Assembly: GCA_026914245.1 (NCBI GenBank)
Contig: CP110440.1
Coordinates: 3,844,001 to 3,908,000, forward strand
Reading direction: 5' to 3'
From: Puccinia triticina
Taxonomy: Eukaryota
DNA length: 64,000 nt
Numbering within the stretch: the stretch's first letter is position 1; the number at the start of each line of letters is the position of its first letter. Below the pieces are notes generated by a model. It saw only the letters and a program-made list of their open reading frames with translations, was not told the origin of the DNA and did not search any database. Positions 49,523-61,697 of this stretch are shown piece after piece. Made by a program: the position numbers and the translations under genes.

Positions 49523-52500
49523 GGGGAGTTGATCCGTTAGTCGGCAGTCTGGCGTCTCGAATTCTGTTTGATGGATCAACTCCCCCTCTAGAGACTTCAA
49601 TTTCAAATCCTAGTTTTGTTCTTTCCGATTCACCGCCGTGCACTTCAGTTCCGATCTTAGAAAACACTAAAAACCAAAAACATCAGCAAAACGAAAAAAC
49701 TACCAAAAACATCCCACTTTCCGATTTCTATTCTCCGTTTCGTTTACCCACCAAATCCGTCTTATTTGATCCTTCAAGAAGGGCTCGACACGCCCGCAAT
49801 TCTAGCGCGACGGGGCTCGGCAAGCAGGGTTTTTCCGTGGGGGCACAGAATCCAGAAGTAAGTCCCCTTCCCTGTATGCACCCCCGGGTAGATACTACCG
49901 CACTTTCAAAAACATTACCATGTGCCACACACGTGAGCGATCGGTCGGAATTTTGCTTTCTCCCCGCTCTAGGCACATCATCCTCCCGCACCATCTCGGC
50001 GCATCAACCTCGTCTCCGAAAAGAGACTAAACTATTCTCCGATCCTTCTCTCCGCAATGAGAATAAACTAGTGTCGTACTTTGTGGCCCTCCGCGACAAG
50101 GTTAAACTAGGCCTGTCTGCAATGACCCTCCGCAATGAGGCTAAACTTCCGAGCCTCCGCGACAAGGATAAACTAAAGATCCTCCGCAATGAGGTGAAAC
50201 TATTCGCTTCAAGTATGGAAATTCGGGTGGATGTGGAGGAACAAGGTGTACCGTGGAGGAATCGGAGACTAGAAGTAAGTTCTCTCCGATTATGCACCTC
50301 CGGGCGTGATGCTCCAAACGTTGTTGAAGCTCTACCTTGTGCCACTTTCGTGAGCCGTTCTCCGCCATCCGGGTTTTCTTACGCAGACAAGGTTCCTTTC
50401 GAGGATTTTTTGGAGCTACGGACGTGGAGCTTGCTCCAGAGCTGCCTTGGTGCTCATTCTCAATCCGTGCTCTTGGGCGCCTGGAAAGCCGGAGAATTCG
50501 CGGTATTCGCGACGAAGTACAAACCGGTCTCTCGGAAAGTCAAGCCTATCAATCAGCCAATGCCGCAATCTCTCAACCCCCCACTCCGGAGGCCTCCCCT
50601 ATCTCGAGATCCTTACCAACCTCTTCCTCGCTCGTTGGCGGGCCCTTTCCTTCCAAAGGGGCGCGTCACCGCCGATTTTCTCCAAGTAGTGAATTTTGGG
50701 CCAGATGGCTGGCTTTGGCCGGACGAATTGAACCTCATCAAGAACGTTTTAGCCGAGCGTAACCAGTCGATCGCTTTTGATGAGTCGGAGCGTGGGCTGC
50801 TCAAGGAGTCGTACGGACTTCCCTACATAATCCCGGTCGTCGAACACGAGCCCTGGCAGAAGAAGCGCATCCCAATACCCGCGGCGAAGCTGGACGAGTA
50901 CACCAGGATCCTGAGGGAGCGAGTCCGCACCGGGTTGTACGAGCAATCCACCTCGTCGTATTCGAGCCCGGTGTTCTGCGTCCTCAAATCAAACGGGAAG
51001 CTCAGGATCGTCCATGATCTTCAACCTCTGAACAAGGTTACCGTAAAGGACGCCGGAGTTCCCCCGGCTACCAAAGATTTTGTTGAGTCTTTCTCAGGTC
51101 GGGTTTGCTACGGGCTTGGGGATATCTTGGGCGGTTACGATGAGCGCGCCCTTGATCCAATCTCACGCCCTTTGACGACTTTTGATACGCCTCTGGGCCG
51201 GTTCCAGCTGACGCGCCTCCCGCAGGGCGCCACCAACTCTGTCGCTGTCTATCAAGCGCAGATGATGTGGGTCCTGCAGGAGGAGATTCTGGATCACGCC
51301 GGGGTATTCATCGATGATGGGGGCATCAAGGGCCCCGTTTTGGATTACAATAACGAAGTTCTGTCGTGGCATCCTGGGGTACGGCGCTTTGTGTGGGAAT
51401 ACGCTACTACCCTGGAACGGGTGCTCTTTCGGATTAAGGAGGCGGGGTTGACGGTGTCCGCCACGAAACTAGCGGCTTGTGTGCCGGCTCTGGAGATCGT
51501 CGGCCACGTCGTGTGCAAGGAGGGCCGTCGAATGGCGAAGAGCAAGATTAACAAGATCCTGAGCTGGCCAACTCCATCGGACGCGACTGAGGTCCGCGGG
51601 TTTTTAGGAGTAGTCGTGTACGTGCGGATATTTATCCCCGCGCTTTCACAAATTTGTGTTCCCCTTCGGCGGCTGACTCGTAAGTACGCTCCATTTGTCT
51701 GGACCGAGGATTGCGAGGTCGCTTTCCAGCGACTTAAAGCGGTCGTGGGTAGGGACATTGTGTTGGCAAAGGTGGCGTACGGACCCGACGCGGGGAAGCT
51801 CAAACTTGCCGTTGACTCTAGCTATCACGCCGTAGGGGCCGTTCTTACTCAACAAGATGCTAGTGGCGCCGACAGACCGGCCCTTTACGAATCTCTGCTG
51901 TTCTCCGACGTCGAATCGCGCTACTCCCAGCCTAAACTGGAGCTTTGCGGTGTTGCGCGGATTCTCAAGAAGCTGCAGATTGTCTTGTGGGGGCAGCACT
52001 TCGAGCTCCTCGTCGACGCGCAGTCCCTCGTGCAAATGATCAACGCGCCCAGTCTACCCAACGCTCCGATGACGCGCTGGGTTTCTTTTATCCATCTTTT
52101 CTCTTTTGACATCTCTCACCGTCCGGGTAAATCTTTTACCATGCCAGACGGACTGTCTCGAAGACCGCAAGGCGACGGCGATTCCGACCCACCTTCATCA
52201 GAGTTCGACGAGGAGGCACCTGTCATCCGGCCTGTGTCGTCTTTCTCGGTTACCGAGCCGCCACCTTACATTGGCTTCCAAGAGGGTTTCTGGCGGCAGT
52301 TGGAGGACTAACTCAGGACGTTGGAACGACCCGATGGGCTAGACGCGGTGGCTTATCAGGCGCTGAGGAGGAAAGCCTTCGATTTCTTTGTGCAGGCGGG
52401 ACGTCTCATGAAAAGAGGGAGTCCGTTGCCCAGAATTGTGGTCACCCTTCCGAGCAAGCAGGAAGAGATTCTTCGTCGTCTACACAAGGATCTCGGCCAC

Positions 52501-53544
52501 AGGGGCTCGGCGGAAACCTATCGGCGAGTGGCAGAGCGTTTTTGGTGGCCGGCGTTGAAGAGGTCGGTTCAGTTCTGGTGCCGAAGCTGCGAGTCCTGCC
52601 AGAAGAGGGACTTGCGACGGCCAATGGAAAGGCGCTACCCGACGGGCGAGCGCACACTGTTTGGTCGAGTCTCCATGGACGTCGTACACATCAAGGCTAG
52701 CGGCGCGAAGTACCTTATCGTCGCACGTGACGATTTTTTGGGCTGGGTGGAAGCGAAATTCCTGAACAACATCACCTCTGAGGCTGTTGCTGCGTTCCTT
52801 CAAGAGCACTGGACCATGCGATACGGTCTGGCGCGCTCATACTCAACTGACGGTGGGTCAGAATTTGGTGGGGCTCTGGCGGATATGCTCCGGTCTTTGC
52901 CGGGCCAGCATTGGGTGTCAACGCCGTATTATCCCGAAGCGCAGGGCATGGTCGAGCGAGGGCACGCGCCTCTCAAGGCAGCCCTAGTCAAGTTAGCGGG
53001 AGAGTCCGGCAAGAACTGTCGAAAGTTCTTACCGTTCGTGCTGTTCGCGGATCGCATCTCCACCAAGCGCACAACCGGTTACTCCCCGTACGAGCTGGTG
53101 TTTGGACAGCGCGCCGCTCTTCCCATTGATCTGGACATCAAGTCTTTCCTCGGTGTGGACTGGGAGGAGGTGCGCAATACCTCTGACCTGCTAGTGGCGC
53201 GGTCGAAGCAACTCGAGCGCAGTGAAGATTCCCGGCGAGTTGCTTATGACCGAATGATGAAGTCTTGGGCCGAAGCTATCAGATACTGGCAAGATCGGAG
53301 CTCGGATCGGCTGCGCGATTCCCTCATTCCCGGAACGCTAGTCCTTGCTTACAATCGGTCGTTGGAGGTCCAGTGGGGCCAGCTCTTTGCCCATAAATGG
53401 AACGGGCCCTATCGGATCGTCAAGCAGGTCGAGGGCGGCTCTTATGTCCTTTCGGAGCTTGATGGAACGGAACTCAAGCGTCGGTTCGCGGCGGATCAGG
53501 TCAAGCGGTACTTTCCGCGCGGGGGCATTACTGACCAGAAGTAA
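49519..53544 (+). pseudogene. pol (RT, RNase H, integrase with GPY/F motif); in-frame TAA at 52309-52311
   Basis: LRIVHDLQPLN; LPQGATNS; FIDDG; AVDSS; H..GH...C..CQ zinc finger; D-D-E in MDVV, TDGG and MVERGH; KWNGPY. Confidence 0.9.
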
Positions 53545-53706
53545 GTCCCCCTCCTTAGTATGCACCTCGGGTCCTACTACTCCGTTTGTTGTAAGCATTA
53601 CTTTAGCCACTGTCGTGAGCCATGCGCGGGACCCGTTTGCTTTTCTTCCTTCAGTTTACGGCGAGGAACGGGGCAGTCTAGGGACAGACTGTAAATGGTG
53701 GGGTGA

Positions 53707-54511
53707 TGTGGTGGCCAAAACGGTAGTCAGCTTCAAATTTCGAGATCAGCCCTCAAGATCCTCAAGATCAAGACCCAAGCTTCAAGGCCCAACCCTCAAG
53801 ATTCCCTCAGTTTCTCTCAGATTCATTTTCTTCCTCCTTTCCCACTCTCTTCATTTTTCACTTCCAACTCCTCCCCCTTCTCACTCACTTATCTTCACAT
53901 TTCTTGGTCCTAACACAGATTATCTGTGGGTTTATTTTGTTATTTTGATTTGCTTGTTTTTGTTTCTTCTGGCTCTGTTTCCCTCTCTTTTCCTCTCTGT
54001 CAGGTTTTTTATTTTTCTGGATTATTTTCTTCTCTCACTCTTCCATTTATCATGTCTCACCTATTTGTCTGTTTTCTGCTTCATTTTTGTGTTGTGTTTC
54101 CTTTCTTCTTTTCTGTTGTCTTTGGTGTGTGCGCGCGCACGGCGCGCGAGGAGATGATGACATGCTTGTGACAGGCCTCCAGGAATCCAAGTTCCCGGCG
54201 AACTTGGAGGATAGGAGGCCATAGCATCCTGTTCTGATCCAAGTCAGGGGTTATCAATAAGATCAATCTTTTTCCCGAGTCCCGAGTCCGAAGAGTCCGA
54301 ATCCCAGAGTCCCTGCCAGAATCCACCTTCCCAACAAACCCAAACCGCCGCCGAGGATCCAAACCCCGGCGAAACAAATCAAAACCACTCCACAACAGCT
54401 ATCACCTCGAATCCCCTACAACTCTTTTCCGGACCATCCGTGAGGGCAGTCACTCGACACCTTTTCCCCTCCCAGCGCTGCCGCCGGCCTAGCACCGGAC
54501 GGAGCTCCATA
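53707..54511 (+). repeat. 3' LTR, intact; contains the empty site of the hAT insertion
   Basis: TGTGG...CCATA, with a single CTCGAAT at ~54406-54412. Confidence 0.95.
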
Positions 54512-54739
54512 CCGGTCAAAAACTTAACAAGAAGCTCCCACGCTGCCAACGTTGATGCAACTATGAACATTCTTTCTCCAATTATCAAAGATTCCTCTTT
54601 TGCAAGCCAAGTTTAATAGCTTAGAAAAATTTGTCTTTGATCAAATAGTTAAATGTTTTCACAAAACTACCCGCGCAACTAATTTGAGTGGTTAAATCAA
54701 ATTTACTTATATATCAAAATTCACAATAAATTTTCAAAG

Positions 54740-55400
54740 GTATGCTTAATAGTTTTTTCTTCTTCAAAAATCAGTCCTTTTTACTAATTTTTGTGAGAAT
54801 TACAGCTTGAGTGAACGGCGTTGAACTCACAAATTGAGCAAGACGTTGGGAGTCTCTAAAACTGCGGAATCAGGTGAGCAAACGCAAACCTTTTCCGCAG
54901 CTAATAATCAAGCACAGCAGTGTTGTGAAACTGAATTCATCTCACTGATGTAAACAGATCCAGCACTTGCCAGCAAGATTAGGCACATGGAAAATCCCGG
55001 CCAGCAATCCCTCATCAAGAGAATCTCAGCTAGCACCAAAGGTAAGCGGCCGAGTTCTCAAGATGAGTTGACCAGATAGTAGCTAACGCTCTATCTTTTT
55101 GATCCTAGACAAAACTTTTGAAGACAACCAGACTAACCGCCCCAATACCGCTCAAAGAGCGGGAAAAATGGTTGGTAAGAGTGTTGCGTTGCAATGTCAA
55201 AAAGTGGAAACAAAAGGCCTTAGCTGATGCATTGCTGCCTGGTTGCAGATCACATTGCTCAACTACTGCACTGTTTCACTGAAGCTAATTGAAGGACAAC
55301 TCAAGTCAAAAGACTAGATTGAGTAAGGCTGAGCTAAAATACTGAAGAGGAAAGAAATGAAACAACAAGACTGACAGTGGCACATTCTACTCTCACAAAT
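54740..55400 (+). pseudogene. Small multi-exon gene or pseudogene, product unknown
   Basis: A series of GTRAG...CTRAC...YAG introns separates short exons reading DPALASKIRHMENPGQQ...HCFTEAN*. An upstream exon has an in-frame TGA. Confidence 0.35.
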
Positions 55401-55811
55401 CTTCATCTAACAGATAGTGCTTGGATCTTTTGTTTTCTTTCTTTCTTTTATTCTTTCTCTCTCAATCTAGTAGAGAGCGGCTCTGGTTCTGCTCTTAGGT
55501 AAATCTCAGATCCTTAGTTTCTTTCCAATAGGGGGGTTCACAATTGCATTTTTGGTTGCTGGTGGCTCCATAAAATGTTGCTTGCTGGTGCACAATTTGG
55601 GCCATAAAATTACCACCAGAAATGGTAAAACTTTTCTGGTCATCCAACAGGGACCAGCAAAATTTTAGACTCATGAGTGAACAGACCGGCACCCCTTCAA
55701 TACCAGTCATCACCTGGAATGCATACCTCCATCCGATGGCCGGTGATCAACACGGGTCATCGGGTTGAGTACACACTCAACTCTTCCCCAACACCGGTGA
55801 TTGGACACAGG

Positions 55812-56438
55812 TAAGGATTGCCAAGTGAACCCGGGTACCCGCGGCGGGTGCGGGTACCGCCGCTGTTTTTTAGCAATTCTGGACACCCGCGATCCCACCC
55901 GGCACCCGCGGGTGTTTTTCGCGGGTACCGCGGGTACTTGCAGGGAAGAAATGTGCCTTCTTGATGACCAATGTGTGCCGGTCATTGAGAGGGAGGTGTG
56001 CCTTCTTGATGACCGGTGTGGGCCGGTCATCAAGAGGGAGGGTGCCTTCTCGATGACCGGTGTGTGCCGGTCATCGAGAGGGCTGAGTGAGACCCTCTCA
56101 ATGACTGGTCTCTGCCGGTCATCGAGAGGGTTGTGCACCTTCTCGATGACCAATGTGTGCCGGTAATCGAGAGGGAGGTGTGCCTTCTCAATGACTGGTG
56201 TGTGCCGGTCATCAAGGGGGTTGTGTAGCCCTCTCAATGACCAGCACCAACCGGTCATTGAGGGCCTCAAGAGGTGCTGCAGCACCTTGATCCAAAATAC
56301 AGTGGCGGGTGTTGACCACGGGTACCCGGGTACCTGGGTTTTTTTTGCCAAATTCCAACACCTGCACCCGCACCCGGCACCCGCCGTAAGGCCGCGGGTG
56401 CCAGGTACCGCCAAACGGGTATCACTTGGCGATCCTTA
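55812..56438. mobile_element. Non-autonomous hAT MITE (627 bp) with an 8-bp TSD
   Basis: 17-bp TIR TAAGGAT(T/C)GCCAAGTGA. TSD GACACAGG at 55804-55811 and 56439-56446. GGGTACCC-type subterminal repeats. Confidence 0.85.
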
Positions 56439-56449
56439 GACACAGGCAC

Positions 56450-57270
56450 ACACCCCACTCAATGACCAACCCGGTCATCCAGTGGATACACACTCCACTC
56501 CATGACCAATTACCCGGTCATCAAGTGCACATACACTCCACTCAATGGCCAGACCGGGTCATCAAGTGGGTACAGTGTACACACTCCACTCGATGACCCA
56601 ATTGGGTCATCCGTACCGACTCGATGGCTGGACCGGCTTATTGAGTGGACACATACACTCCACTCGATGGCCGGACCGGGTCATCAAGTGGATACACCTC
56701 CACTCAATGACCAACCCGGTCATTGAGTGGATAACTACTCCACCGATGGCCGGATCGGTCATTGAGTGGACACATACACTCCACTCGATGACCCGGTCCG
56801 GTCATCAAGTGGATAACTACTCCACTCAATGACCCAGTCCGGCCATTGAGTGGATAACTACTCCACTCAATGACCCGGTCCGGCCATCGAGTGGATAACT
56901 GTTCCACTCAATGACCCGGTCTGGCCATTGAGTGGATAACTACTCCACTCAATGGCCAATCCAGTCATTGGTGGAGTAATCCACTTGATGGCTGATCCGG
57001 TCATTGGTGGAGTAATCCACTTGATGGCCAGATCAGGTCATCAATTGGAGTGTATGTGTCCACTCAATGATTTGGTCTGGCCATTGAGTCGGTACGGATG
57101 ACCCAATCTGGTCATTGAGGGGAGTGTGTACCCACTCAATGACCCGGTCCGGCCATTGAGTGGAGTAGTTATTCTCGATGACTGGTAGTGGTGATCCACT
57201 CAATGACCCAAAGGTCATCAAGTGGGGTATGTATCCACCCGATGACCGGGTTGATCATTGAGTGGAGTGC
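56450..57270. repeat. Degenerate CCACTCGATGACC..GGTCATCGAGTGG palindromic tandem array
   Basis: Many ~40-bp units, each an imperfect hairpin; orientation switches near 57000. Confidence 0.75.
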
Positions 57271-57722
57271 ATGTACATATGGATGTTGGCTGACCCAATG
57301 ATTGGCCTTTCATCGGAGGTGTATGATAAATACATGCATGATGGCCAGTCTTGACCCGCCCGGGTTCAGTGTGATGGGCACCAGTACGTTTCTGTTGCTC
57401 AGCCAGCATAAAATCCTCCTGGTGTGAGGTTAAAAAATTTGATTGCGCAGCGTGCGCATCTCTATTGGTGAGGTGATAAAATGTTGCTGGTGAAATCCAA
57501 TTGTGAACCCCCCTAATAAAGTAAAATGTAAATACAATTACTACAAAGTCTCATTGGAAAAAAACTCTCTTATTTCTTTGAATTCTTTCAATTTTAACCT
57601 CTGTTCTTTATTTTAGTAGACTGATATGCATATGATTTGTAGAATTAAACAAGAGTTTCCAGAGGCAAGAGGATCTGGATCTGGTTGGGATTCAATGACA
57701 GCTTCCTGGTGAGAAGAACTAA

Positions 57723-58066
57723 GAGCAACTCCACCGCGGGTGCTATCTGACATTTAGCTCCAAGGATGACAAATTTGAGGGCCACCCGGGTTGCTATCTG
57801 GGGTTTTAGGAGCCTCAGAAGCTCAGGTGGTGCCAAACATAGCAACACCTGAGCTCCCAAATAGCTCCTGTGACATCTCACCACCCCCTCCCCCCCCACA
57901 CACACACCCAAACCCCACCCACTACTGCACTTGGGGCTTGGTGAAAGCTGAGTTTAGCTCTCAGGATAGCTCCCACACAGTGGGTGCCGCAGTAGGTTGC
58001 AGCAGCTTGGGAGCTAAACATGGCAAACTTTTAGCACTGCCGAAAGCTCCTGCGGTGGAGTTGCTC
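57723..58066. mobile_element. PIF/Harbinger (Tourist-like) MITE, 344 bp
   Basis: 15-bp perfect TIR GAGCAACTCCACCGC. TAA TSD at 57720-57722 and 58067-58069. Nested in an older inverted-repeat pair (~57655-57690 and ~58212-58250). Confidence 0.8.
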
Positions 58067-61000
58067 TAAATGGTGTGGTATTGGCTAGGAAATACACTGC
58101 AACATAAATAATGGAGAAAATGCTTTGACATGTTTTGCCATGTATTTCTTAACCAATACCAGACCATTCAGCTCTTCTAGTTTGTTTGATCCCCCAGGAA
58201 TCTGTTGCCAAATCCAAACCAGAACCAGATCCACTTGCCTCCAGAAACTCCTGTTTGATTCTACAAATAGGTGTATGTATATTGGATGACAGCCTGTCAA
58301 TTCTGGGAGTCTCCCAGAAAATAATTTAGACTTCCCAAATGTAAAAGGCTCAATATCTGGTGCTGTCATCCTGCTTCTGTATATTTCACACCTGAGCCTC
58401 TAAAAAGCCAGGACAGGCCAGGATTCAAATTGTAATGAACCATACAGATTGGACACTGAGAGGCTATGTAGCATCCTCTGCTTGATGACCTGTCTGTTTG
58501 GGTCATCAAGAGGATAGGATACTCCCTTAATGACTAGTCTCTCCCGCTTGTCAAGAGGAGTACACTACCCTCTTGATATCCAGCCCAGATTGCATTTAGG
58601 GCAGTGCTTTCTGCTCTTGATAGCCAGTAAAACTGGCCATCAATGGGAGTAAATACTCCCCTCAGCATTTCCCTTGATAATTTACACATTGGTCATCAAG
58701 GGGGACATGTGTTCTGCTCTGCATGGCCAGTCCTTGAGAGTGAAAAAAACTGTAATGCTATCCTCTTGATGACCGGTGTAGGCTGGTCATCAAGAGTATT
58801 GTGTATGTGCTCCCCTCAATGGCCGGAACCAACTGGTCATAGAGGGGAGTTGGATTGTCCTTGAGGTGATATTGGGTGTGATGTGTAGATCTCCAACCAG
58901 AGGACATCATTTTCAGAATTTTGATGGAACCCTTGTGTAAATTAAGACTGAGGAAAATTCTGGATTTTCCTTCTAACTGGACATCTGCGAGGGCCCCAGA
59001 ACCAATTGGACCCATTGGTCTATCAAAATCAAGAAAAGAGTTGAAAATTAGTGAAAAGGAATGAATTTTGAAGAAAAAGAAAGAAAAACTATTGACCAGA
59101 CCTTTGAAGATGCATCTCAAATTTTGATGTATAAGTAAACTTGATTTAATAACTGAAATTGGTTGTGTGGGTGGTTTTTGTGACAAAATTTAACTAATTT
59201 GTCAGAATTTTGGCCTTCTTCTCCACTCACATCCTCTTTCCTTTTTCCATCACTAATGAGTGATGCACAACCCCCCCCCCCTTTACAAATCCTCATTTTC
59301 CATCACATTGTGTGATATATCTCTTTTATCCATCAATAAGTTCTGAAGTTATCTTTCCATTAATGATTTTTAATGTCTCCACTTTTCCATTGAAAAGTGT
59401 CAATGCCTCCTTTCATGTATTGAGTTTATCTTTAGCATATGTGTATTGTTTTCTCCATCTCAAGTGAGATGTTTTGTTTGTTGTTGTCTTCTAGGCCCCC
59501 TTTGGATCTTGTAAGGGGGCTCTCCAGTTGTCTCCACACCACGGAGCGCCCCCAACCGCGGTTTGATGTGGGACCCAATGTGGATACAACACCCGCAACC
59601 CCACCCTGAAGTTTTGGTGTCACCCAGAGTGAGAGTGATCACAAGCTGCGGTTGGCACAACCTCCCACGTGCAGGGCCCCCGTTTGGAGAACTACTCATG
59701 TTGGCCTGCCGTGGGCGCCGCAGTGCAGCTCCAGTGAGCATCTTGAGGCTGGGAAGTCAAAAAACACATGCCAGTCCTGACTTGAACCCAGGCCATACCA
59801 AGGCCTTGAAAACAGGGAGTAATCACTACACCATGACACATGTTCATGATGTAACTTCCAATAATGCCGCCTTAGAATAACAAGTTCATGTTTTCCCCAA
59901 ATCTTGTCAGAGGGCAAGTCAAGCATTAAGATCCGTTTTTTTTTTTTTTTGTAAATTCTCATCTATGTACCCTCTTTCCATAGATGGAAAGAGACACTGA
60001 AAAATCATCTTTTTTTGTTTCATTTCTTGGTTGGTCCAACATGGCCTCAACTGGAGAAAAACTTTGGGCCGCTGTGTAGATCAATTCTGGAACATGTGTC
60101 AAATTGTCCACAGAGCAATCAGTGCGGCGCACAGGCGGTGCAGAAGCGGTGCGGAAAGGAGCAGAGCGGAGTGCACAACTGAAGGCAGAAGCGCGCGGAG
60201 CTCAACGACGGAACTGGACTCAGACTAAGCAGGTCAGTGCGGACTGAATAGCGGAGGTGGTGATTGGGGGAAGCTGTGGAAGCCAGAAGGGTGGCTTGTG
60301 GGATCCTGACATCATAGGCTAGACAGGGGTGTGCAAGCTAGAGAGAGAGGATTTTGATGGTGATCAAAAGCAAGTGGCGGAGACAACAGGAGTTGGTGTG
60401 AGAGCGGAGCTTGGCGGATGACGTGTGTGTGTGTATAGCACTTGGAGGATGACAAGTGTGCGCGTGTGAATGGAGTGTGTGGGAGGCGGTGTGGAACTCC
60501 TACCGTGCCAGGCGGTAGGCAGTTGGTCGAGGGGATGTTGCTGAGTGAGCTGCCCTCGTGGGTGGTCCGGCAAATGAGATGAGGATCAAAATGTGATAGC
60601 GTTGGGGGTGGATTTTTGAGAGACGACGGGGATGGAATACCGTCGGCGGGTTTGGTGGATGAAAAGATGAGAGAAGAATCAGGAAAGGATGCCGGGGATA
60701 CTGCCTGTGATGATCAAGATGATAGGGATACGGGCCACTTGGCCAAGTGTCAGCCTTAGAGTCATCACAGCTGACCTAAAAGCTGCCTGTTCTACCTTTG
60801 TTACATATAAATTACTATATATCTTTTTCATCTTAAGAGATAACCTTGTTTTGACTTCATATTCTGTTTCCTCATGCAATTTTAACCCTAGTTACAACTT
60901 ATCAATTCCTTGTAACTATACTCCTTCCCTGAGTTACTGAGTTATGGCGCCCTTGCGCAGTTGTGACGTGTCAGCGCTACCAGGCGCGCCAAACCACATG

Positions 61001-61697
61001 TACATATGTAAATTACATAAGCAAACTGTGAAAATTTTCGTAGTCAGGATCCCCCTTGCCTGAGGCGGATCTACAGACTTCAGCACACCAGAACCACCAC
61101 CCAGATAACCCCAGGATCACCACCAAAGAGCCTACTCTACTCCCAGTATACCTACCGTCACAGGCGCCTAGGATATTGACAGTAAGTAACCTCTTTCACT
61201 GAACCTTGATTATCTCAGAGGTACAACTCTGTGTCTTGCTTGATCTGCCTTTTCTTCTTGCTTTGCTTCCTCCTTGATCACAGGGCTGTCCCTCCAAATC
61301 TATAGGCCTTTGCCTCCATCTTGATTACAGGGCTGTCCCTTCTTATCATCAGGCCTTTGCCTCAAAATCTAGGTTCAGGGCTGTCCCTCAGGTTTCCCTT
61401 TAAGAACCTTGACTGTCCAGAGAGAAGTCTAAAAAACTGTGGCTGGATTAAGACTTATCTAATCCAGATACCCTCCTGAGAGGAAGCTGTAGCACTTCTT
61501 GCACAGATTAGCAGCACTCTTCTGAAGAGTAGCATTGCCAGTGGACGTGCATTCCCACTAGAATAACCTAGTACTTCTCTTCCTTCTTATCCTGCTTGGT
61601 TTCTCTCTCTCTTTCTCTCTTTTTCTTTTATAGTTGTAATTTCTTTATCCCAAGAAATCCAACTATTGCCCCCCCATTTCTTGTGTCCTGCTGTCAC

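Larger units (their letters stand above)
37774..54511 (+). mobile_element. Ty3/Gypsy LTR retrotransposon, defective; 5' LTR interrupted by hAT copy 2
   Basis: 805-bp LTRs: 37774-38479 plus 46755-46853, and 53707-54511, with about 7 differences. CCGG direct repeat at 37770-37773 and 54512-54515. PBS at 46856; purine-rich tract before 53707; domain order gag-PR-RT-RH-IN. Confidence 0.95.

Noticed and set aside
60799..61570. LTR-like segment starting TGTTAC (also 59511-59882)
   Set aside because: No partner LTR, clear 3' end or TSD could be established.
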